Made by a program: the position numbers and the translations under genes. A DNA stretch of 63,565 nt, the filler included, from Trypethelium eluteriae (Eukaryota): assembly GCA_051942245.1 (NCBI GenBank). It is 4 parts of 4 records of this genome, joined end to end, with 100 filler letters (N's around TTAATTAATTAA, not from the genome) between each part and the next. Parts side by side here need not be neighbours in the genome. Positions count along the whole stretch, not along the records: positions 16,012 to 31,834 come from JAVECL010000639.1; positions 31,935 to 47,712 come from JAVECL010000640.1; 2 more parts are not named here. One strand, written 5' to 3'. The notes below the pieces were generated by a model. The model was not told the origin of the DNA. It saw nothing but the letters and a program-made list of their open reading frames with translations, and made no database searches. Below, one piece after another: positions 23,058-36,216 of the stretch. Positions within the stretch are counted from its first letter, which is position 1. The number at the start of each line of letters is the position of its first letter.

Positions 23058-24079
23058 TTATTGGCCATTTGGCAAGCTAGGAACAGGAGGAACGTGTCTA
23101 GCAGCTTCCTCGTCTTCCTCGTCCATCTCGTCAAGTTCCTCGGGGTGTCTGGCTGTGATCAGTCCACGGCTGACACCAAAGGAGATCAAATAACTCACCC
23201 CAGTAGATTTTTCACATCTTTCATCTCGTAATGTTTCTTCCTCTTCTCCTCAAACTTCCTGTGCTCTTCCAGCTCTTCAGGGTTCATATTCATCTCATTC
23301 TCCCCGTGTCTTCCCACGTCACCTTCAGGGGCATCCGGGTCTACCATCACCCTCTTTTCACCTTCGCCTTCGTGCTCCACACCTTCCATTTCCGGCTCTC
23401 CAATATCGAGCCCCGGTATTTCATCAGTCTTGGCTTGCCCACTCTTTGAGCCATTCCTGCCTGCCGAACTACTCGTCTTACTCATTTCCAGCTCGTCTAC
23501 AGCAATTTCGGCCGGGTTCAGGGCTACGACTTCTTCCTCTTCGTCAGGATCCTCGCTAGGATCGTACTGCTTAGCGTAGGGTGTCTTGGGTTCCGTAATC
23601 TTCATAGTTGAGTCCTGTTGTTGCTCGTTCAGATAGAGATTAGCCTCGTCCCATTTCAAACGAGGGTTATTCTCGTCAGTTGGGTCGCCGATAGGAGCAC
23701 TAGACGAGGTGCGTCTGGAGACTGAGCCACGAGCGTTTGAGGATGAACGTCTGTGTGGGCCGGCGTTCTGGAGGGTGTTCTGAAGTGTTACCTCGCGATC
23801 AGACATCTCCCGACCGAGTTCAGGTCGGTTTGTTCGAGCCACAGGAGATGGTTGCAGTGGCGGCACTTCGCTGGTAGGGGAGACTTGTTGGATATTTGGA
23901 GATGTATGCTGAAAGGAGTTGGAGTTCTTCAAAATGCCTGGGGTTCATTATGTTAGTGTTAAAAGTTTAGAGACATTGAGATTCGTTAAAATCAAGCCAG
24001 CTGAGCAGACCTTACCTTTAGGGCGCTTGCCGGACTCGCCAGCATGTGTCGGAGGTGGAGAATGAGTAGTCGTCGCCAT
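23058..24079 (-). CDS. GLC8: Protein phosphatase 1 inhibitor-2 (Glc8-like)
   Basis: Introns at 24015-23938 and 23198-23149. Splicing creates KGILKN; other motifs are [26 protein letters not shown] and LLG|HPE. Confidence 0.9.
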
Positions 24080-24903
24080 TTTAGAGATGATGCTTTCCGA
24101 TCGAAGCCTCGAAAGGTCGGGAGGGAAACTAAAGAAATAGAAATGTCAGCATGTGATTGCCACGTCGGTACTCCGTAGGGTGGGGCAACAGTGCAAACAT
24201 CTGGCAGCAGAGCAATGATGAGTTTTACCTTCGAAACCAGCAGAGGCTGAAGCAAGTTGTCTTGGAGATGGAGAGGTAAAGAGAGTGCTTATGCCGGTGA
24301 GAAATATGCAGGATTCAGCTTGGAGTTGGTACTGGTAGCGTTGCAGTGGACTCTTTCCACCAATGCAGCCTCGCAAACATGGAAGCAACGATCAACGAAT
24401 GACGCACTGACGCATGGAGCAACATGACAATCATGATGGACCTTGGGTACTTCGTCATCTCCACTCTGAACGTATGACTACGTGACTACATCTCATTTCA
24501 GATTTCTCGAGCAGATATTCGAGAGTCATATTCCGTTAGGCCATTGAATTGCTATTTAATCTGATTGTCAACTTATTTACCTGATTTGGCATCTCCACAA
24601 CGCCCGCTCCTGAGGTCCACTGCGCTATGCACGGTGACTTGCATGAATTACCACGTACAGAACTCCGAGCCAGTGTGCAAGCAGCGATTGAACCCATATT
24701 TATACTGCAAGGTAGGTTAACTGCTCCGAGGTAATCAACTACCGAAGGTCGAACTCAACATGAACGTTTCCATTGGGACAAATGAGCATACCTTACATAT
24801 TAACCTTACTGGATGCCAGAAATTTTTTTAAGAAAAGTCTCATACACACGCTTGCACAAGTTAATTTTTACCTGCAGAACCTTGTCTATGCAGACCATTT
24901 ATA

Positions 24904-25717
24904 TCAGGATATCTCCACACTGCCTTTCGGGATCCCTCTTATGCTCTTCAATCTTCGAGCGAAAAAGGCCATAATAGGCGTCATCTCTTCTCGGTTGGCA
25001 GGCATCCCATCCCCAGCCTTCTTCCAATGTCTGACTTCGACGAACTCGAATGCGTTTTTGACCCGGTCGAGTGCTGTGCTCGTAATCAAAGAAGATCGTT
25101 CGCCTCCACAAATGAGCACGGGTGTTTTGCATTTCCGAAGATTGGATATGCGGATATTGTCTGGCAAAACCCCTCCGATAGATATAACGCCGCTAAGCTC
25201 AGGATTCGGGAGGTCATCAATACCACTGAAATGAGCTGTTGCGGCAAGAGCAGCCATACCACCTTGTCCAAAGCCAAAGAGCATAATCTCACGAGGTCTA
25301 AATTCGCATTTTTCGACCAATGTACTTTTAATCACGTCTTCAGCAATGACTCTTGTAGAATGTGTGAAACCTGTGTCAAACTCCATAACACCTGAAGCTT
25401 GGTCGAAGACAATGTCATCTCCCCAGTGAAATCCCTCTAAATCGAAAGGTAGTGACTTTGGGCCTCTAATGGAAATGCATGTCGTTTCTGGGAGCGCCAA
25501 TTGCCTCCCCAGGGTCTCAAACGACGAATTCGTGTCACCAAGACCATGTAGCAAGATTAAGACATTTGTTGGCGGCTGATTGTTTGGAGCTGTCGGCACA
25601 CGAATAACGTTACTCAGTGTATGACAAAAATTAAAGGTAGGTGACCTTACGCGGAGTCAAAGTCAATGTGACTTTATTGGCTGGGAAATCCTCGACTGCG
25701 GGTTGCCGCGGAGGCAT
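24904..25717 (-). CDS. Phospholipase/carboxylesterase (Abhydrolase_2) family protein with degenerate catalytic residues
   Basis: ATG at 25717, intron 25650-25590. It has LLHGLGD, and FGFGQGG at the nucleophile elbow. Confidence 0.85.
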
Positions 25718-26220
25718 ATTCCTATGACGAAATTGCGGGTTGCCGGACGTCTCAGGTGCCTCACAGACGCGCCCGAATAGAGCGTGGCGAAACGACTTGC
25801 GGTAGGTTGATGGCGTCCAAAACAAGGCCAACGTCACTGGAGCCAAGATTTTCGCTTCCACACCAGTGGGAAAGCTTGACGAAGCTTGGTGTTACGAGCT
25901 GTTTACGCGTAGCATGAACTTGACATCATGAGGCGCAGTTGGTCTGGAACATTTCTGGACGGAGCGCAATTGGGACGGAAGCGAATTCGAAGCGCCGCCA
26001 TTGCCACAGACTGGACAATCGCTCAGGAATCGATTGATGTCTAGAGTGTGTTCTTTGCGGAGTCCCTGCATATCATCTGCGGAACCCTGTTGAGCTGAGG
26101 TGCAATCCATGCTAACCCCTGTTATGTAAGTGACATTGGTGAAAGCCCCTCAATCATGTGTGGGGCAAGGCAACATGTAACCAACTGTGTGAATTCCAAG
26201 TACGTCGAGCAGCAGGCAGG

Positions 26221-26227
26221 TATATAA
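26221..26227 (+). promoter_or_regulatory. Putative TATA box of cipC
   Basis: TATATAA ~150 bp upstream of the ATG, followed by a pyrimidine-rich tract. Confidence 0.4.
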
Positions 26228-26368
26228 CCCTCAATCCTCTGCGACTGCTCCTTCTTCTTTCCTTTCTCCTTAACCAATTGAAGACCAACCAACTACCGCC
26301 GGGTACTTCTTCATTTTCATAAACATTACCTTTGAACCTTAAATCGTATCTCACAATACCTAGCCATC

Positions 26369-26869
26369 ATGCCTTTCGGTTGGGGTAAGCGGACCCTCCT
26401 TTGGTGACACTCTTCAAGCTGCTAATCGAACCTCTGACAGGTGAATCACACGATGCTTACCAGCAAGTCTATGATGACAACCAGGAGAACAAAGCCAGCC
26501 TGAGCCACGAACTCATTGCTGGCGGTGCCGCCTTTACTGCCTTCAAGGCATTTGAAGATGACAAACGCAAGAAGGGTATGATTGCTTCGCTCATACTATC
26601 GTGTCACAATCAAACACTGATGTGTTTTCTCAGGGGAAGTGGTTAACCATCAATTTGCCAAGGAGGCCCTTGTTGGATTAGCCGGCCTTGAGGTCGACAG
26701 GCTTGCCGAGACCAAGGGTGCAGATATGTGGGACAGGGAGAAAGCCAAACACGAGGCTCGCAGGAACGTTGAGCACATGTACAATGAACATTATGGCAAC
26801 GACAATGATTACGACCCCAACCAAAATGACGCTCCGGGCCGTCTCCAACAACAATTCGGGGGTTACTAG
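26369..26869 (+). CDS. cipC: CipC-like stress protein (DUF3759)
   Basis: Introns at 26385-26440 and 26576-26633. The spliced product reads MPFGWGESHDAYQQVY...SHELIAGGAAF...HQFAKEALVGLAGLEVDRLAETKG. Confidence 0.88.
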
Positions 26870-28063
26870 AGAACTTATCTCTCGGTTGCCAACATGGTCG
26901 AAGCAAAGACCTCATGTATTATGATTGCAGATGCCTCAGATATGGCTCGGACGGACATGCGGATACTCTAGCTAGGTAGCTAATCAATGAATTGGGACCA
27001 TCTCATTGAACCTTGGATCTATTCATTACGTGAATGTATCGATCATGACGTTGTACATCAGCCCACAATTGCCTTGGACATCCGCCCGGGCGCTTCCTTC
27101 AGCACTCTAGACGGTAAGGTAGGCACCGATCATAATCCGCAGGACTTCATTGTATTATGTCCATAAAGTAACGAGCAATTATGTAGGCCCAGCGTGAAGT
27201 CGACATTCTCCCTTATTAACACAAATCGCTTCAGCACACATGAATTTGCCAGCACTCTCGAAACAGTTGTTCTTACTCATTCCTCACGTTGGTTCGTTGA
27301 TGGCACACGTGGTTGTGTGATCGGTGGAACGGACGGTACAGTGGTAGGCTGGGTAACTTCCCGATGGGTCCATCTCACTCCGGAGGTCTTAAAACACCCA
27401 CTTGTCCTAGTTGGCCACCTTATTTCCTCTCTTCCACAGGACCACGAGGAATTTACAGATCTCTCATCAGAGTCGATCTGCATTCTGGTCGGCTCTGCTG
27501 CGGCTAACATAGGAGCCATTGTAATTTACGCGCACGCCATCGGACTAAGCTACCCCCTTTTTTTTGTTTATCCCAAAAATTCGTCTCATACCTCCACTCC
27601 GCATCACGTCAATAATCGAATCACCGCTCTCAAAACTAGGAGTGTTCTCACATCCTTTATACAGTAGCAATGGGAAATGCGACGGTGAAAATGTGCACCC
27701 TACGTTCGGCAGATGTGGATGTATCCAAGCTGAGCAACAGGAGGCGAAGTGGACAGTTTGGTTAACTGAGGACATCTTCCATCTGGCCGAAGTTGCGCTG
27801 TTCTTCGCAGCGATGGTGTAGTAACGACGTGATGCACGGATGGTAACTATTGCAAAGTTAAGGTATGAATCGAGAGTGCAGAGCAGCTGCCATCTTGTGG
27901 TCGCTGGTGAGGCAAGTTTGACGTCACATACATCGTAGTGACTCCCCATCTTTCCGTACATTAGTGGCAACTTGTTGCAAATTTTGGTCCGTAAGCAATT
28001 TTTCCGAGTCTGCATGGAGGTTACGGCGTCTAGAAAATTTTTTGCCTTTGCGTGGTCTGGGTG

Positions 28064-31000
28064 ATGAAGTTCGCAAAGTAAGGAAGACACAAACACGATC
28101 GACGACAAACAAGTTTCTTACACTAGATTCACAGAGAGCTCGAGCAGGAGCTCGTACCAGAGTGGAAGGCCAAGTACTTTGACTATAAGGTAATGTGAAT
28201 TCCTGTGAATCTCATGTTCGATTCGTATCTAACGTCTGTAAAGCTCGGGAAGAAGAAACTTAGAGCATTAGCCATCCGCGATGCAAACCGAACTCATCTA
28301 AATTCTCGACGGAGAGACATCAACTCACTTAATGTCAGCCAATTCGGATCAAGCCTACCCTCCTTTTACAATCGGCCTGCGAGCGTACCTGGAAAAGACC
28401 AAGAGGAAAGACGGATTGGTTCAAGAGATGCCTCGCGTATTTTGGAATCAGAGGCAAGAAGGGAAGAAGCTGAGCGGAAACACGGGAGACTTGAGACACC
28501 GTCATTAGCAGCAAGACCAAGCGACAATGAGGAGGATACGTCGAAGAGTATCAATGAACTTAGAACGCAATATCAGCCAAGATGCTCGAAACGATATGGT
28601 CGCATCATTGGAAGTCCACTGCACGGCGATCCATTCACTGGAACTCGGAGTCCAGGAGAACTTCAATTGCCTGATCCAGCCATCAGCCTGAGCCGGGCCT
28701 TACCAGCGACCGGCTCTGTAGGATCGGCACTTCCCTGTTCCCAGGGCGAGCAGGTTTCTACTGACGAAGTTGAGCGAATGCATCACCTTACTGGCCTGCT
28801 CGATTCGTCAAAGTTAAACCACAGCGGGAGCATTCCCCAATTTTCAGGATGTCGTCCAAGTCCAAAAAGAGGACGAAATAAATTGCAGCGACAGCGTCCC
28901 AAGAGAAAGCTACCAAACTGCTCAAGCAGTAATTCCACTAACCTCTGGATACCGAGGTCAACAAGCGTGCATATTGATACGTTCAGAGAAATGGAACTCC
29001 GGAGGAGCGAGTTCCTTGCCTTCCTAGATGAAGAGCTAGCTAAAATTGGGGCCTTCTACAAACAGAAGGAGGACGAGGCAACGCATCGGCTGCAAGTTTT
29101 AAAAGACCAGCTGCACGTCTTGAGAGCTCAGCGAGCAGAGGAGGTCAAGCTTGCTAAACAAGACAAGCTCGTTCAAAGAAGGCATGGAGATCAACTGTCT
29201 CAGGACGGGTTTCCACATGCTAGTGGGATCCAGAATAGCACTGGTGATGCAGAAGGTAGGAAACCACTTGCGAGAATTGCATCCCTCAAAGGGTTCGTTG
29301 GTAGTCTCAATAAGGCCACTTATGGGCGAGCTCGCAAGTTCAGAAAATCAAGGCAAAATTTCGAAACCAATGATGCACGGCGACGTCCAGGTCAAGGAAG
29401 AGATAATGTTAAACGTCAAAGCTCTACAGAAATTTCTTATCGGACTGCGAAGCGAAAACTTGAGGAAGCTATGGCAGAGTATTACCGGGGTCTTGAGCTT
29501 CTAAGGTCTTACGCTATTATGAACCGAAAGGCCTTCCAAAAAATCAACAAGAAGTATAATAAAATGGTCAATGCACGCCCCCTGGGTGGCTATGTGTCGG
29601 AAAAAGTCAACACTACGTATTTTGCCACGAGAGGTGTTTTAGATAACCACATCCAGACTGTTGAAGATCTTTATGCACGTTATTTCGAGCGCGGTAACCG
29701 GAAGAGCGCTGTCGGGAAGCTTCGCGCCAAGCCAGGGAAATCAACAGGCTACGATGCAAGTCTTTTTCGCAGCGGCCTGTTGATCGCTGCTGGTGTGGTA
29801 TTTGGTATTAACGGCTTGATGCACGCAATGCAGCTGCGGTCATACCCGGACCCAGATTTGGTAGTTAATACAGGCTATTTGCTCCAAGTATGGCATTCGA
29901 AACTCCCCGAAGTCAAATTTTTGCTGAAAGGAATCTAGATTTACGGCGGCTATAGTCTCATGCTGCTTCTCATGACGCTCTTCGTGTTCGGCTGTCGAGT
30001 CTGGTCCGTGAACAAGATCAACTACGCATTCGTTTTTGAGTTTCCCATTCGCCACTATCACAATTGGCGGCAGTTGTTGGAAGTGAGTCCGTTGCATTAA
30101 GTCAAGCGCGTCTCGACGACGAATTCTGACCTACGATAGTTACCCAGCATCTTCACATTCCTTTTGGGCTTCTTGATGTGGATGAACTTCAAACGCTATG
30201 GTTCCGACCAATTGTACCTGCGCTATCCCATCATTCTGGCCGGAGTGTCAGTACTCATCTTATTCTTCCCTTATCCAACTCTTTACCATCAGAGCCGGCG
30301 CTGGTTCCTATACTCTACTGTAGGTGGGAGGTTTCCCCAACTCACACCTTTGCTGATGAACATGCAGCGGCGCCTCCTTTTGGCAGGGCTATACCCTGTT
30401 GAATTCCGAGATTTCTTTCTGGGCGATATGTTCTGTTCACTGACATACTCACTTGGCGTAAGTTATAGCTCTGGCATTGGTTGAGGGTGCAGGGGCTGAA
30501 CGGACTCTAGAACATAGAATTATTCTTCTGCCTTTACGCCCAGACTTGGAAGAATCCTTCTCAATGCAACTCCACCCATTCAAAACTTATAGGAGTGTTT
30601 GAAGCACTGCCTGGCATCTGGCGTGCCTTACAGTGCCTCAGACGTCTTTATGACACTCACAATATGTTTCCGCACCTGGCTAACTGCGGGAAATATACCT
30701 TCACGATTCTTTATTATGTCACCTTAGCTCTCTACCGATTGAAAAATACGACCGAAAGGAAGGCTCTTTTTATCGCGTTTGCAACCGTCAACGCCACATA
30801 CAGCTCTGTCTGGGACCTTGTCATCGATTGGAGCCTCGGCGATCCATACGCGCAGTATCCTTTCCTTCGTAATGTTCTCGGTCTCAAAGCCGTTTGGCCC
30901 TACTATCTTGCCATGCTTCTTGACCCGCTTCTTCGCTTCACCTGGATTTTCTACGCCATCTACAGTCATGACTTGCAAAACAGCGCTCTGACCTCATTCG

Positions 31001-31710
31001 TCGTTGCCCTCGCCGAAATCTTTCGTCGCAGCCTCTGGGTCATCTTCCGCATCGAGAACGAGCACTGTACCAACGTCGGTCTCTTCCGCGCGTCCCGTGA
31101 CGTCGCTCTACCTTATGAGATCGATTCTCCTCCCACCGCTCTGACACAACGCTCCCTCGATGGTAATACCTTTGCAAGGAGCGGCCCTGACACGCCGTTG
31201 CCGGCCAGTTACCTTTCCACTTCCCCCACTCGCACGATAGGTTCTCAAGCAGCAACTGAAGTGACCAATACTCGGGATGTTGCAACGCCGGCCACATATC
31301 CTGACCTTGAGGCAGCACGCACACATGAGGATAGTGCAACGTCAAGGCAGACGGGTACGACGGCGGTAGGTCGGTTGCGACGGCCGAATCTGAGCAGAGG
31401 GATTCCATACTCGAACCGTCCACCGACAATGCATAGGCTAAGTCGAATGGGTGAACATTTATCAAATGCGCACTCTCAAGACTTTGAGCGGAGGAATAAG
31501 CTGGGAGTACAGAAGGATGAGGAAGATGACCAGGGGCGGGAAGCAGACGAGAGTGAAGAGCCAGAAAATAGCGAGGACAAAGATAGTGAGGAGGATATTA
31601 AGGGTATATCGAAGAGGATGGGCGCAGTGTACAGAAGTCGGAGCGTAGAAGGTGAGAGAGCTGGGGAGGTGGTGGGCGCAGCGGAACCAAGTCGATGGAG
31701 TTGGATATGA
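28064..31710 (+). CDS. SYG1: SPX-EXS protein (Syg1/XPR1 phosphate exporter family)
   Basis: Introns at 28078-28134, 28190-28243, 29888-29938, 30083-30139, 30320-30367 and 30458-30510. The SPX start is MKFAKELEQELVPEWKAKYFDYKLGKK, with FQKINKKYNK later. EXS motifs are VEFRDFFLGD and WVIFRIENEH. Confidence 0.92.
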
Positions 31711-31834
31711 CGGATTGGAGAAGGGAGGTGAAGAGGGAGATCGGCGGAGATACACCCTGAAAGGCAGCTATTGCCGCCACAAACTAGAATGTCAATACCT
31801 ATTCTCTGATCTATCATATGGAACATAGCCGAAC

Positions 31835-31934
31835 NNNNNNNNNNNNNNNNNNNNNNNNNNNNNNNNNNNNNNNNNNNNTTAATTAATTAANNNNNNNNNN
31901 NNNNNNNNNNNNNNNNNNNNNNNNNNNNNNNNNN
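31835..31934. other. Artificial contig linker
   Basis: N44-TTAATTAATTAA-N44. Confidence 0.97.
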
Positions 31935-33733
31935 CTACGTAGGTCCTCATTTTACTAGTTAATTAGGTTTTTTACTGTCCTCATTTTCGATGAGGTTTAT
32001 ATAGAGCCCTTATCTCAGGTTACACAGAGAAATTAATCGAGTCCTTTTCTCCGAAAACGGTGTCTAACATCATCACCATTCATTCTCCAGAGTATCCTAG
32101 GTTTCCTACGTGGAGGGGCTCGAATCAATAACAGCATTATTTCATCAACAACTGTCTATACAGTACAATGTAAGCCCGATGTCTGCCTCATGCACGCTTG
32201 AAGCGCCGCTGACAGCGCCTTGTCTAGTGAGTGCGAGCTCCTCCCACGTTTCCAGTCTTGACGCTTATGGTGAAATCGAGTATGTGATGCGATTACTCAA
32301 GTGGCAGCGAAACCAGTATGGCTCACTCTGTGACCAAGCCTTCAAATGGTCCCAATTCTCGACTGAGATAACCATCGTGGTCATAGAGGCGAGCTAGACA
32401 CCGGCTCGAACCTCGAGGTCTCTTGACGGGTGCGGGATACGGTTGTTCTACCGTCTATGGATCCCGATGACGGGTGATACTTCACGAAGGGTCTGCTCAG
32501 TATGCGCGTTTGCCCCTTTCGGGACCATAAGTGCTACAGGTTCACGCGTTGCTGTATCAAATAGAAGGGACATAGCGGTACGAATGGCTGATGGGTCAAG
32601 AACGGCGATACTGATAAAGGTATCGTCCAGAACTTTTTAGCCTCGCGGCCTCAGCTACATGAATCTGCATCCTGTCATTGCGGTAAGTGCTACGTAGGTC
32701 TCTCTTCATCGCATACATTTTGCCTTGGTTTTGGAAGGGCTATCTTATACCAGCGGACAGAGAAGATCTAAGCAAGGTGATGTAGTTCCGTACGACATCC
32801 CAATAGTTTCTCCCTCAAGAAACGCCGATCACATTACTTTTCCATTTTTGTTTTGCTCTCTCCGCAAGAGGCTTTTACCTACACACCTTCCCCTTCTCTT
32901 CGCCGGCCTCTCTTTCCTCTTACTTGCAAACGCAGATCAAGCCTAGACTGCCTGTGCCTTTATTTTGAATCCGTCATTTCTGAGACTTCCTCTAAGTTTC
33001 GCTCCTCCACGGAGTGCTGTTTGGGGGTCTCGTGATGGAACAAAAGTAGTAATCTCAATTCATTGCTGTCTGATGTCCGAAGGAAGAAGAAGAAGCTAGC
33101 TAGGTGAACATGAAGGTGAAGTAGGGGGTGTGGGTGACGTGTATCCCTACCTCCTACCCTAACAAGTGCAAAAGAAAGCAGCAGACATCTTATTAATAAA
33201 CGCGCGTAGGAGAGCTTCTTCGGCGAATAGGAATCTTTTTGAACGAGAACAAGTCAGGAAAGAGCTCCAGCAAAAGACTAAAAACTGTGACATGTAGACC
33301 GTAGAGCTGTGGCAACAGTAGAGCGACGAGATCTCCCAGGAATGACACACGAAGGACTTGATAGGTATTCAGGATCAACCAATGATGGTAGTTACCAAAG
33401 ATGAAGGAAAAGACTGGCATAGTTCATACCGTCAAGGTGATACTAGTATTCTAAAGGGCTACCGACGCAGGTTACTACACATTCTAGGCTGATACAAAGT
33501 CATCACTGTTGCATCTCATAATGAAGCACAGCCTGTCGATCTATTAGAAATATGGCTGGTGAAGGGAACCACTTGTGAGCGTTATCTTGTCTTTCACGGC
33601 AATTTTTTCATATTTGCACCCTTTGCTACTCCAATAGTCGCTGATCATGTTAGCAACTGGTATCAAGGACCGAGGAGAGAACTCATCATTATTGATATGT
33701 ATGTTTTATGAACGTAGCAGCTCGTATCTGCTT

Positions 33734-34639
33734 TCAAAGGAAATTTGGATCCTGGAGGTCATTTTCGGTCCATTTGATCCGAAGCCACATTGGAAAGAGA
33801 CCTTTTCGGTGGCCCCACTCCTCATCCATGAAGCTGCTAAGGTCATGAATTAATTCGGAGCGATCCACATTGTCGTAAGAAGTCTTGACTGGCCTCTCCA
33901 GACTGTTATCAAATGGATCCAATCCCCAATTTTCCGACTCCCTCTGAGCACAAATGCACCTTAAAGGTATGATTTGAATACTTCGGAATTTTGCTATAAG
34001 ATCAGGTCTGCACGTCAGGGTCTCCACAGTTGTGGCGAAAGCTGGGAGGTATGCAAAATTCCGCATGACAGTACAAGGGCGATCATCGCAGTTGTCGCAA
34101 TTTTGGGTCCAAAAAGGGTCACCAAAAGATATTGCTCCTGTACTGGGCCTGGGTTCGTCTCGAAATCGAATTTTAAGTGATGGTAATTTCGAGAACGTCT
34201 CCATAATTGTGACTACCTTGGCCAATTGCTTTTCAAGTCCAGTTATATGACACCGATTTACCCCCTGGCGGCGATAACTGGTCGGATCCAGATCATCCAC
34301 ATTGTAATCCATATACAACTCAATGGACTTGGCCCTATCTAACCTGAGGCATGCCAGGTGACCCAAATCGAGGCGGGGTTCAGGATAGTTAACCACAAAA
34401 GTCGGCTGAATTACGATCCGAAAGCCATACTTACGGGTGATGACTTGATAAAGTTCCTCTCGTACCTGCATGTTTGTCAGTGCCATATTGCGGATGTGCT
34501 GTTCTTCAGGAAAGGGAAAGGGGTTGGCCACAGTGATAAATCCATCTGCAGGTAAGGCGTGCTCGTATATCATTTCCCGCAATTCAAAGGGAAGGGAAAA
34601 AAACCCTATCATTGTGAGTGACAGTGAATCAGAGATCAT
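33734..34639 (-). CDS. F-box-like hypothetical protein
   Basis: Intronless 301 aa. The N-terminal FFSLPFELREMIYEHAL resembles the fungal F-box-like motif. Confidence 0.65.
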   Translation of the reverse strand: MISDSLSLTMIGFFSLPFELREMIYEHALPADGFITVANPFPFPEEQHIRNMALTNMQVREELYQVITRKYGFRIVIQPTFVVNYPEPRLDLGHLACLRLDRAKSIELYMDYNVDDLDPTSYRRQGVNRCHITGLEKQLAKVVTIMETFSKLPSLKIRFRDEPRPSTGAISFGDPFWTQNCDNCDDRPCTVMRNFAYLPAFATTVETLTCRPDLIAKFRSIQIIPLRCICAQRESENWGLDPFDNSLERPVKTSYDNVDRSELIHDLSSFMDEEWGHRKGLFPMWLRIKWTENDLQDPNFL

Positions 34640-35243
34640 ATGAGTGTATGTCAGACAAGTGAGGAGTCTTCGAAATATAAGTTGTACTTATATACTAAAA
34701 GGTGAACACTTCCTAAGAATGAAGCCAACCAAATTAGCTTCAGGAATTCGGAAGGTTAAAGACAAAGATGCTTGTCTTGTTCGCTAAATAACGCTAAGAC
34801 GATTTCTTTGGCTGGCTGAAAGAACTTTGTACTCGGTTCTGACGTTGTTTTAGACAAAAGTTAGAAATGTGGGTTTGAGCTGGCTTTAAGCTGTCATTCT
34901 CCGAGAAACAATTCGCTTGTCAAATGCCGGGGCTTGAAATGGAAGGTCACGACCGTAAAAGCAAAAACCGAGGGTGTTGAACAACACCATTGTAAGTGAA
35001 AGGTCCCTTTGTTTAATCTTCACAGGTGCCCTTTTCTTTTGAAAGTTCTGCCCAGCTTGCGCTGAACTTAAGAACTAAAGATTGCGCAAAAGGCGAACAG
35101 AGCATTTGATTTTCCTAAACCTGCCTCAAGTCTTTCCCTTCGAGTCGCCAAAGTCGAGCGGCTCTTGAAAGAAGTTAAAAGTGATACGGTGACCACAACC
35201 ACTGCGAAGAGGAGATTTCAGGGCGCTACCGACCACCATAGTC

Positions 35244-36068
35244 ATGTCTGGTAAAGTACCCTCGGATTGCGGTGCTTCACTATGGGATCCTGGGTACCGA
35301 AACAGAATTTGTGCGATCACCAGTGAGAATCTTCGCGATATTGAAGAGCTCCATGAGAGCCTTCCACGCTTTCTCTATGTCGGGACACGGGGTAATTACG
35401 ATTATGCCATCGTCAAAATGGAAGGCCACCGGAAATTACGGAGCGATGCCGATTATCAGAATTTTATACCTCCGCCAAAGCTTGTGGACAGAACAGCATG
35501 CGTTATCGACTGCATGTCACTTCACCGCAAAGAACTGCATCGTCCACTTCCCACAACATCCTCAGCCAGCGCTAATATTTTCGCAATAGGCTCTCCATCA
35601 GCTTCCCCGTACCCGGAGCCCGCAATCTGGCCCAAAACTTGCAGGATCATGGACTGTCTTTTTGATTTGGGGAAACTATATGCAAAGCATATACATGACG
35701 ACCCTGATGAGATATCTAAGAGCTGGTTCGAGACGGACTTTGGCGTCGTGAGCGTTACCGGACCACCTTCTAAAGTCGGCCTCTGGCTTCTTGCCGACCC
35801 GCTAAAAACCGAGATGAAACGCGACCCTGAGGTTAATGGTCTTCACGGTGGTCTGTGTTTGAGAGATTGGCCTAACAATGTTATTGATACTGGTCCGGTA
35901 ATTTTTCCGTTCATGCGCATAAGTCGGTTTGGCCAACTAATACCAGGTTCGGACGACAAGTTTGCATACGCTCGTATCAAAGACAGTGGGCCTGAAAATT
36001 TGTTTGCTTATGAGTTTGCTGATCAAAGTCTGTTTATATTGTCACCAGATGTTTCTTTGCCTGAATAA
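35244..36068 (+). CDS. Hypothetical protein
   Basis: 274-aa ATG-initiated ORF with globular composition. No family recognised. Confidence 0.55.
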   Translation: MSGKVPSDCGASLWDPGYRNRICAITSENLRDIEELHESLPRFLYVGTRGNYDYAIVKMEGHRKLRSDADYQNFIPPPKLVDRTACVIDCMSLHRKELHRPLPTTSSASANIFAIGSPSASPYPEPAIWPKTCRIMDCLFDLGKLYAKHIHDDPDEISKSWFETDFGVVSVTGPPSKVGLWLLADPLKTEMKRDPEVNGLHGGLCLRDWPNNVIDTGPVIFPFMRISRFGQLIPGSDDKFAYARIKDSGPENLFAYEFADQSLFILSPDVSLPE

Positions 36069-36216
36069 AGAAAAAGCGACGTACATGGATAAACAAATAC
36101 TAGTAGTCTGTACTTCGGTTAGTAGGTCTATGGATAGCATGGCCTAATATATAACTACACAGATACATAGAGTGCGGTGGAGTTAAAATGTAGGGCTAAA
36201 GTCAACTTATTGTGCA

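Noticed and set aside
31935..33400. Possible transposon end (GTCCTCATTTT twice) and decayed coding sequence
   Set aside because: The repeats are too short and no translation was recognisable.
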